Below, one piece after another: positions 17,639 to 24,881 of a stretch of 49,355 nt of DNA. Made by a program: the position numbers and the translations under genes. Source of the stretch: Fibrobacteria bacterium (GTDB lineage: Bacteria > Fibrobacterota > Fibrobacteria > UBA11236). Within the stretch, counting starts at the first letter, position 1; every line of letters begins with the position of its first letter. The notes beneath the pieces are model-generated. The model did not search any database. It was not told where the DNA came from and saw only the letters and a program-made list of their open reading frames with translations. The DNA lies in contig JBGTHM010000088.1 of the NCBI GenBank assembly GCA_041746255.1, forward strand, positions 1-49,355. The letters run 5' to 3'.

Positions 17639-19189
17639 ATGCTATCCATCGTCCACTCCGCGGCTGTACTGGGAATTGAAGCCTACCTGCTTACAATCGA
17701 AGTGGATATCAAGCCCGGGCTGCCGGGCTTCAGCATGGTAGGCCTTCCCGACTCCGCGGTGAAAGAAGCGCGGGAACGCGTTTTTTCAGCCTTACGAAAT
17801 TCCGGTTTCGAAATACCCAGCCGTCGCATGACCATCAATTTAGCGCCGGCGGATATCAAAAAGGAGGGGACTTCTTTAGATCTTCCCTTGGCGGTAGGTA
17901 TCTTACGCGCTTCGGAGCAGATTCCTCCCTTCGCTGTTGGGCGAGCGATGCTGGTCGGCGAACTCGCCCTTGACGGAAGTTTGCGGCCGGTAAAGGGAGT
18001 TTTACCCGTGGCCATGGAGTCGGCAAGCCGAGGCTGTCCCTGTCTTATCGTACCCGCCGGAAACTTTCACGAAGCCAACATGGTTACCGGCGCTTGCGTT
18101 TATGCGGTGGGACACTTGTCCCAGGTACTGGAAATCCTTGCGGGCAGGGGTTCTTCCATGGTGCATCCCGCGCCGGTTTCATCGGAATCCATTCACTTGG
18201 CGGATATGCCCGACTTCTCCGAGGTTAAAGGCCAGGGGCAGGCCCGGCGCGCTTTCGAAGTGGCTGCCGCGGGAGCGCATAATCTCATTTGCATGGGAAG
18301 TCCCGGATGCGGTAAGTCGCTCATGGCGCGTCGCCTCCCTTCGATTCTTCCGGCCTTGTCGGATGAAGAGGCCCTGGAAACCACTAAAATATATAGTGTA
18401 GCGGGCCTGTTGCAGGTTAACGCGGGATTGATACGCAAACGCCCGTTCCGTTCCCCGCATCATAGTATCAGTCCCTATGCCTTGGTGGGCGGCGGAAGCC
18501 CTCCCCGGCCGGGCGAACTCAGCCTGGCGCATAACGGGGTGCTTTTTCTGGACGAGCTACCGGAGTTTCGGAAAAGCACGCTGGAGGCTCTACGCCAGCC
18601 CTTGGAGGAATCGCAGGTGACCATCGCCCGGATTCTGCAAACCATAACCTATCCCTCTCGCGTCATGTTGGTATGCGCCATGAATCCTTGCCCATGTGGA
18701 TATCTCATGGATCCCGGAAAGCGCTGTGGATGTCGAGCCCGGGAAATACATCAATATATGACTCGTCTGTCGGGGCCTCTCCTCGACCGCATCGATATAC
18801 AATTGGAAATCCCGCGCATTTCTTTCGACGAAATGGCGGGTGCAGCGCCGGGCGAGTCGTCCCAGGTTATCCGGTCACGGGTGGAAAAGGCGAGGGAGAT
18901 TCAGGCGGAACGCTACCGCGGTATCAAGGGCGTTTTTTACAATGCCCATATTACCGGAAAAGAATTACAACGCCATTGCAGGGTAGAGGGACCCGCAAAA
19001 ACCATGCTGCGCCAAGCCGTGGATTCCGTAGGATTATCGGCCCGCGCTTATGATCGGATTCTTAAAGTAAGCCGTACTTTGGCCGATTTATCCGGTGCGG
19101 AGAGCATCGAGGAGGACCATGTATCGGAAGCGATTCAATATCGCTCGTTGGACAGGCGGCCCGTTGCTCATGCCCGTCCCGTGCCCTAA
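17639..19189 (+). CDS. comM: ComM/YifB Mg-chelatase-like AAA+ ATPase
   Basis: VGLPDSAVKEARERV, NLAPADIKKEG, GELALDG, GSPGCGKS, RPFRSPHH, SLAHNGVLFLDELPEF, AMNPCPCG, SGPLLDRID, SARAYDRILKVSRT. Confidence 0.95.
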   Translation: MLSIVHSAAVLGIEAYLLTIEVDIKPGLPGFSMVGLPDSAVKEARERVFSALRNSGFEIPSRRMTINLAPADIKKEGTSLDLPLAVGILRASEQIPPFAVGRAMLVGELALDGSLRPVKGVLPVAMESASRGCPCLIVPAGNFHEANMVTGACVYAVGHLSQVLEILAGRGSSMVHPAPVSSESIHLADMPDFSEVKGQGQARRAFEVAAAGAHNLICMGSPGCGKSLMARRLPSILPALSDEEALETTKIYSVAGLLQVNAGLIRKRPFRSPHHSISPYALVGGGSPPRPGELSLAHNGVLFLDELPEFRKSTLEALRQPLEESQVTIARILQTITYPSRVMLVCAMNPCPCGYLMDPGKRCGCRAREIHQYMTRLSGPLLDRIDIQLEIPRISFDEMAGAAPGESSQVIRSRVEKAREIQAERYRGIKGVFYNAHITGKELQRHCRVEGPAKTMLRQAVDSVGLSARAYDRILKVSRTLADLSGAESIEEDHVSEAIQYRSLDRRPVAHARPVP

Positions 19190-20250
19190 AGTTCGGACGC
19201 CGATGGTAAATATCCCAGGTTATGCAAGGCCCTACGAATCGCGTCGGCGGCTATGGCGTTTCCCCTCCCAGATGGATGGCCATCTCCTACAATAAATAAA
19301 CTTTCCGGCTCTTCTCCCCGGAAGTCCGCTTCCAAATCGAGATAGGGAAGGTTGTGACTATGGAATAAACTATCCAGAAAATTTCCGTCCGGATTCGTTT
19401 CCCCGTCTTTCATCATGCCCAGCGAAGGGAAGATCACGGGCAGTAGTGTGATTCCATGCCTGCGGGATAACGCCATTAATTTTTCGAAGTCACGGGCATA
19501 GTAACTCTGGTAGGTCGCTCTTTCGGTTGGGGAAATGGCGATCGCCTGGGCTTGTTCCCGGGAGATATCAAAAGCGACATTACGCTGTCCAGAGGATTTG
19601 AGCCTTCTACCGGTTACGCTCACTTTTACCTTTTTGGCAAGGGAGATTAGATGTGAATTCTGCTTTAAGGTATTGCGAAGGAGTTGCTTCTCCCGCCAGT
19701 TTCCCCGACCATGGCGTCGGAAGGATTGCCTCCAGAATGGGGCATAATCCGAAATATCATTGCGGCAATATCCGAGTACGACGATATCGGGCTTGAACAG
19801 GCCAAGCTTTTCTTCGAGAAAGCTCACCTCGTCCTCGAGGGTGAATCCGTAAAATCCGGCATTCAGCACTTGGATCGCGCGTGGTTCAAGCAAACATTGC
19901 AGTTGATACGGATAGGTACCTGTGTCGTCAACTACGCCTAAAGTGAAGGAGTCGCCCAAAGCCAGCAGAAATTTTCGGGGATTTTCCATTTCGGATCCCG
20001 TCGTACGCAGTCCCCATTTATTCGTGGTGAAACGAAAGTGAGCGCCATTCCGATCGTATTCCCGCGTTTCCAATCCGGCGGCAAAGTCGCCCCAGTTTGT
20101 CTGTGAGAAAAGTTCGGGAAAATAGCGCCTGGGTTCGGCGGTTCCGGTAACGCGCAAGGCGGTTTCCAGCAACCCGATCATTCCCACGGTCAAAAGCAGC
20201 GCGAGCCCATAGCCTTTCCATTCGCGCGCAGCGTTTTTCCCAATGATCAT
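19186..20250 (-). CDS. Membrane-anchored SGNH/GDSL hydrolase family protein
   Basis: N-terminal TM, N.WGLR, block I LGDSFT, NAG..G, NDI, DGHPS..GN. Confidence 0.85.
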   Translation of the reverse strand: MIIGKNAAREWKGYGLALLLTVGMIGLLETALRVTGTAEPRRYFPELFSQTNWGDFAAGLETREYDRNGAHFRFTTNKWGLRTTGSEMENPRKFLLALGDSFTLGVVDDTGTYPYQLQCLLEPRAIQVLNAGFYGFTLEDEVSFLEEKLGLFKPDIVVLGYCRNDISDYAPFWRQSFRRHGRGNWREKQLLRNTLKQNSHLISLAKKVKVSVTGRRLKSSGQRNVAFDISREQAQAIAISPTERATYQSYYARDFEKLMALSRRHGITLLPVIFPSLGMMKDGETNPDGNFLDSLFHSHNLPYLDLEADFRGEEPESLFIVGDGHPSGRGNAIAADAIRRALHNLGYLPSASEL

Positions 20251-20263
20251 TACAGGTGGTTTA

Positions 20264-21325
20264 TCAAATGGTAGCCGGTTCCAATTCCTGCGGTACGCTT
20301 TCGCGAGGTCGGACCACTACCGGAGTATGATTTGGAGTGGGAGTGGCTTCAGGTTTCGGAGGGGGAGCGGGTTGTTCCGCTTTTTCCGGGCGTCCATCGC
20401 GAATACGCGCGGGTACCGGTTTTAAATCGTAAATCAAGCCCAATTTGGACATGAACCACAAGCCATAATAGGTGATATCCACTTCCCACCAATAGAAACC
20501 TTGGCGGGTGGAAATCTGAAAATGGTGATGGTTGTTATGCCACCCTTCGCCTAAAGTGACGAATGCCAGAATCCAGCTATTGGTGCTGTCGTCGCCGGTT
20601 TTATAGCGGCGTTTGCCGATGATATGCCCCAGCGAATTGATGGTCGCGGTCCCATGGAACAGAGCCACGGTGGAGATGAAAAATCCCCATATCAGCATTT
20701 GCATGCCGCTGGTTCCCAGTTGCGGGAAAAAATGTTGCAGACCCGCGCCCAAAGACCAAAGGCACACCGCGAAAGCCACGGGAACAAACAGGTCGAAGCG
20801 ATCGATAAAGCGCAGCTCGGGGAATTTTGACAAATCTTTGACGCCACTAAATTTGGTGGGGACATTGGCTTTTTTACCGAGCCAGAGAATATGCGAATGC
20901 CAAAATCCGTCCTGACTAGGGGAATGGCTGTCCCCCGGTTGATCGGAATTGCGATGGTGGTGACGATGATGTCCGGCCCACCAAAGCGGGCCTTTCTGAA
21001 CGGCTGTATTTCCCCAGACACCCATGACAAATTGCATGATGCGGCCGGCTTTGAAGGTTTTATGGGAAAAATACCGGTGATAGAAGCCCGTAATGGCGAA
21101 CATACGCAGGAAATACAGGGAGACGGCCACGCCAACGGCGACTGGACTCCAACCTACCCAAATAACCCCAAGGCACATCAGATGGACAATCCAGAATGGA
21201 CTCAGGCGTATAAAGGCCTTCCAATTGGTATCTCCCTGATAATCGACCTTTTCGGGGATTTTATGGGTGTCGAACCAACCTACGACTCCGCGCGCCAATT
21301 TCGAAATACTTCGCATATTCTCCAA
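20264..21325 (-). CDS. Acyl-CoA (delta-9-type) fatty acid desaturase
   Basis: His boxes HRYFSH, HRHHH and GEGWHNNHH; WWEVDIT. The start may be ATG 21316. Confidence 0.93.
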   Translation of the reverse strand: MENMRSISKLARGVVGWFDTHKIPEKVDYQGDTNWKAFIRLSPFWIVHLMCLGVIWVGWSPVAVGVAVSLYFLRMFAITGFYHRYFSHKTFKAGRIMQFVMGVWGNTAVQKGPLWWAGHHRHHHRNSDQPGDSHSPSQDGFWHSHILWLGKKANVPTKFSGVKDLSKFPELRFIDRFDLFVPVAFAVCLWSLGAGLQHFFPQLGTSGMQMLIWGFFISTVALFHGTATINSLGHIIGKRRYKTGDDSTNSWILAFVTLGEGWHNNHHHFQISTRQGFYWWEVDITYYGLWFMSKLGLIYDLKPVPARIRDGRPEKAEQPAPPPKPEATPTPNHTPVVVRPRESVPQELEPATI

Positions 21326-21453
21326 TCCATGATCAAAACTTTATCCTTCTTTCATTTTAGGTATCTTGCTCCCAAAAATCGATGAAATTGGGCCGCCTTT
21401 ACAACTTTTTACATGGACCGGTACCTCTTTCCGGAAAAAGTTCGCGTAGAAGT

Positions 21454-21481
21454 TCAAGTAATTCCTCAAGGTTGCCGATAA
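21454..21481 (+). promoter_or_regulatory. sigma28 (FliA)-type promoter of the flagellin gene
   Basis: TCAAG-N15-GCCGATAA 60 nt upstream of the ATG; strong RBS AAGGAGG. Confidence 0.78.
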
Positions 21482-21540
21482 AAGAATAGGGGTTGTCCTA
21501 TTTCACCCCCATATGCAGATAGAGCCTTTAAGGAGGGAAT

Positions 21541-22371
21541 ATGCGAATAGATCATGCGGGAAGCCGGTTTCTAGCCGGACAGTCCGAAAAAAATCAGGAA
21601 GCATCCCAAAAGGCTCAGGAAAAACTGGCCACCGGTAAAAAACTCAATACAGCCGCGGATGATGCCGCTGCGATGGCAATGGCCAAGCAACTGGAGAAAT
21701 TGGTTTTGGCGCACCGCCGCTCGGGTGATAATCAAGAGGATGCCATGAGCGCCTTACGGATTGCCGAAGGAGGATCCGCTCAAATAACGCAGATTTTGCA
21801 AAGGCAGAGGGAACTTGCAATTCAAGCCTCCAATGGCACACTCAATCAGGCGCAAAAAACGGCTTTAAATGACGAATATCAGGCACTTACTCAGGAAGTG
21901 GATAGGGTGGCCAATGCTACCCAATTCAACGGACAAGCCTTGCTCAACGGGGGAAGCCCCTTATCCAATGGTACGGGAAGCCTGCAGATAGGACCCAATA
22001 GCGGAAGCGCCGACCAATTAGGCCTAACCTCCACCGATTTGACGAGTCAGTCTCTCAGTACAGCGGGCAGTGACTTGCTGAATCCAGGAGGGGCGGGAGT
22101 CACTTTGAGAGCCTTGGATGTCGCTTTGGAGACTGTTTCCGCTAAACGGTCCGAACAAGGAAGCCTGTATAATCGGTTGGTTGCATCTCGGGAAAACAGC
22201 CGTCAGCAGGAAATTCAAACAGCAGGTTCTCAGTCCCGCCTGGAGGATTTGGACATGGCTCAGGGGGTGACGGACAACCTTCGGACGTCCCTGCTCAAAG
22301 AGGCGACCAACAATATGCTGGGCCAAATGCACATGCTTTCCCGGAACAATGTGATCAGCTTGCTGGAATAG
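21541..22371 (+). CDS. fliC: Flagellin / flagellin-like protein (short, 276 aa, D0-D1 only)
   Basis: EKLATGKKLN.AADDAA, IAEGG, ILQRQRELAIQASNGT, TQFNGQ.LL, LQIG, RSEQG..YNRL, SRLEDLDMA, terminal ISLLE. Confidence 0.85.
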   Translation: MRIDHAGSRFLAGQSEKNQEASQKAQEKLATGKKLNTAADDAAAMAMAKQLEKLVLAHRRSGDNQEDAMSALRIAEGGSAQITQILQRQRELAIQASNGTLNQAQKTALNDEYQALTQEVDRVANATQFNGQALLNGGSPLSNGTGSLQIGPNSGSADQLGLTSTDLTSQSLSTAGSDLLNPGGAGVTLRALDVALETVSAKRSEQGSLYNRLVASRENSRQQEIQTAGSQSRLEDLDMAQGVTDNLRTSLLKEATNNMLGQMHMLSRNNVISLLE

Positions 22372-22453
22372 CGTACCCTTTTCGTCTTTTTTAGGCTAGT
22401 TTATAGATGTGTAAGCACAGTGCCGGGTCATTTCGTCCGGCGCCAAACTCAAG

Positions 22454-22822
22454 GGGGGCGCACAGGTTTCGACGGGATTTAACGTGGTGATAGTTGCATG
22501 CCGAGGATTCTGGTTGGCCTCGTAAATCATTCCAGAAAAAAACAAATGCAGAAGAATCATATTCTTATGCAATGGCAGCCTAATTAAAACCTAGGTCTAC
22601 CACGATTCTACCGATTGCGCCTCAAGGCTGGATAGAATCGTCATACATTGAGGCTGGCTTTCGCCGATGTCTGGGCGGCGAAGGTGAGATTCACTAGAAT
22701 AGCGACCTGCGCAACCGATTCCTAGGGTGGCGCGGGGGGCGAATCTAAATCAGGGAAAAAGCATGTAGGAGTGTTCATCAGGTATTTTTCGGACGCGGGT
22801 TCGATTCCCGCCGCCTCCACCA
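22454..22822 (+). ncRNA. ssrA: tmRNA, tag peptide (A)AEESYSYAMAA* at 22548-22583
   Basis: 5' GGGGGCG..GGTTTCGAC and 3' GACGCGGGTTCGATTCCCGCCGCCTCCACCA, acceptor stem with a G-U pair at position 3, internal tag ORF ending in AA-TAA. Confidence 0.96.
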
Positions 22823-22826
22823 AATC

Positions 22827-22860
22827 GGCTTCCTAGGAAATCCTAGGAGGTCTTTTTTTT
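22827..22860 (+). terminator. Rho-independent terminator of ssrA (duplicated at 24542-24574)
   Basis: GGCTTCCTAGGA-AA-TCCTAGGAGGTC followed by T8. Confidence 0.88.
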
Positions 22861-22946
22861 GTCCAAATTTGGCGTAATTTAGCCATATTTGGGAAAAAAT
22901 ATGGGTACGGAGTCATACAACGGCTTCCTAGACAAGATGCCCCCAA

Positions 22947-23054
22947 ATGCGCCTCACCGATACCGCGATTCGTAAAGCAAAGGTACGGCTGGGGGAGGGT
23001 ATTCTCGAAATATTTTCCAGCTGGGTAGACTATCTTCGCAAGGAAGGAGTTTAA
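22947..23054 (+). pseudogene. Relic of a P4-like tyrosine integrase (N-terminus fused to a C-terminus-like segment)
   Basis: MRLTDTAIRKAK matches the start of P4-family arm-binding domains, and ..SSWVDYL resembles their terminal W.DYL helix. It is preceded by TGCCCCCA and sits in the canonical position and orientation just inside attL. Confidence 0.6.
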
Positions 23055-23300
23055 GGCCTGGAATCAAAATCTTGGCCATGAAAAAGTTATGACGACCTTT
23101 TTCAACCATGGGGTTGTCGATGAAAGGCGGCAGGGGGAAATCCGGACTTCCTAGCATTTGCTAGGGCAATGTTGGATGAAGCTGCTTCTAGCGGTGTTTC
23201 GTTCAATCCCGGTCCGAAGGCACTCTAATGAACACCAGGGGCAATTTGGGGGTGGACAAATACGAGAACTATAAATATTCCTCGTTTATTCGGGGTCAAG

Positions 23301-24050
23301 TCAATTCGGGGAGGGTTTTATTTTGTCCCAAACAGCGTGTTTGAACCAAGCGGGTGTTAGGTCCGTTTTTAATTCGAGGTTATGACCACCATTGATTTCA
23401 GCAATCCAGACTCTATCCATTCCATCGGCGGAATTGTCGAAAATAAAGGCTCGGTCCGAATTTTTTATCGCATCCAGGAGCAGGTCAAGGGAGCGTTTAT
23501 ACCGGCTCCGTATTTTTTCTTCTGGAACGGAATGTCCACCGGACATGACCCTATTTTTGACCCGAGAAATATTGATTATTGGATCCCCGGTGGCGATGTA
23601 ATACAAATAAGTCCGAAAGCCCATATTTTGGGCCTTTTCCAATAACTTTACCTTGTCTGGGGAAGACATCACGGTTTCAAAGGTAAATGTCTCTCTTTTC
23701 TCAAGGAGTTTCTGACGAATGAAATCTGCAAGAATCGAAGCAAAATAGGCATTTACATTCCCGCGCTCCAAAACCAATTTTCCATCGGTGAACTTAAGGT
23801 GGTCAATTAAATCCGTGTCTCCAAGTTGTCGAGATAGGGTAGAGTTATGGAAAAAGGCACGTACCTCCACCGCTTCCGGCGAAATAGTAAAGGGATAAAG
23901 ATCCAATTGCCCTGTTTCGCGAATTTCCTTTTCTATTTCATCTGGATTTATGTAAATCCCCAATAGGGAAGGGGGCAAAATTGCTTTAATAGTGCTTTTA
24001 CCTGCCCCATTGGGGCCGGCAATCATGCGGAGACGAGGTATGGCTGTCAC
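23301..24050 (-). CDS. Zeta-toxin-like P-loop kinase (COG4185-type)
   Basis: AGPNGAGKST, INPDEI, FTFETVMS, RV..RV.SGGHSVPEEKIRSRY, IFDNS. Confidence 0.85.
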   Translation of the reverse strand: MTAIPRLRMIAGPNGAGKSTIKAILPPSLLGIYINPDEIEKEIRETGQLDLYPFTISPEAVEVRAFFHNSTLSRQLGDTDLIDHLKFTDGKLVLERGNVNAYFASILADFIRQKLLEKRETFTFETVMSSPDKVKLLEKAQNMGFRTYLYYIATGDPIINISRVKNRVMSGGHSVPEEKIRSRYKRSLDLLLDAIKNSDRAFIFDNSADGMDRVWIAEINGGHNLELKTDLTPAWFKHAVWDKIKPSPN

Positions 24051-24292
24051 GGAATTCGGGCGGTTGTTCCAGCAGGCATTTCCATTGGAGGTTCAATTTG
24101 CTTAATTTCTTTTTTCTCTCCACTCAAAGACACTTCATAAATCGTGGTGGCGACTCCGGCTTTTGCTGTTCCGCTGACATAAACCCTTAATCCGGAATTC
24201 AGAGCTTTCAAGTACGCCTCGTTTACCACAGCGGCGGACAATTCAGGTACACTACTTTCAAGGCTATCTAAGTCATATTGGTAATCAGGCAT
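24047..24292 (-). CDS. Small acidic protein translationally coupled to the zeta-like kinase (putative antitoxin)
   Basis: ATG 24292 with a GAGGG RBS (the ORF track starts at TTG 24310); GTGA overlap with the kinase gene. Confidence 0.7.
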   Translation of the reverse strand: MPDYQYDLDSLESSVPELSAAVVNEAYLKALNSGLRVYVSGTAKAGVATTIYEVSLSGEKKEIKQIEPPMEMPAGTTARIP

Positions 24293-24515
24293 AATATTTC
24301 CCTCATTCAATAATATAGCCAGTTGGGTGTCGAATCCACCCCATTCTGCCGGTCAAGTGCCCAAATAGCCCAGTTTCCGACATGGATTTTAGGTAGACAG
24401 GGTAGAAGAGACCATTTTTTTGGTTTTCACCGAGTAATCTAATGGGGGCATTATTGGGGGCAACCGATTTTTTGAATTTCCTAACATACCTAATTACAAT
24501 GGGTTACGCGGCCAA

Positions 24516-24574
24516 TTCGATTGACGCCGCCCTACCAAATCGGCTTCCTAGGAAATCCTAGGAGGTCTTTTTTT
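24516..24574 (+). repeat. attR-like site: degenerate tmRNA 3' end plus terminator copy
   Basis: TTCGATTgaCGCCGCCcTACCA versus ssrA TTCGATTCCCGCCGCCTCCACCA; its final ACCA begins the 41-bp stretch identical to 22819-22859. Confidence 0.88.
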
Positions 24575-24881
24575 GCCCTAATTCGAGGTAATTTCGCCAT
24601 TTTAGTGGACGCTAGCCCATCCGGGGGAAGGCCGCATACGGAATGGTGGCCTTTTCCCAGAACGCACGACTTCCAATGCCCTTTCCTCGCATTTCCAGGC
24701 ACGGATAAGCTCCGGGGGTATTTGTGCAACCCACGGAACAATCGGGTGGCTGCCGACCGTTTTCTGATCAGTCAAGGGGATGCATCCACGTGGCAGCGAG
24801 GCTGATGACCTAGAGTAAAGCCATACCCGTAGCTCAGCGGCTTCTGAATTTCAGCAAGGCTAACAACGAGGTATGCCCTTA

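Larger units (their letters stand above)
22819..24574. mobile_element. Non-autonomous genomic islet integrated at the tmRNA 3' end
   Basis: Exact 41-bp direct repeat (22819-22859 = 24534-24574), a damaged tmRNA 3'-end copy at 24516-24537, an integrase relic, TGGGGGCA arm-type repeats, and AT-richer cargo genes. Confidence 0.85.

Noticed and set aside
22954..23157. 67-aa minus-strand ORF inside the tmRNA islet
   Set aside because: It is antisense to the integrase relic and has no recognisable motif.
16459..24496. CCTAACATAC(C)TAATTA shared between the duplicated operator (16459) and the islet right end (24480)
   Set aside because: A single gapped 16-17 nt match in AT-rich DNA, and the islet copy lacks the GTTAGGT half-site; chance is not excluded.
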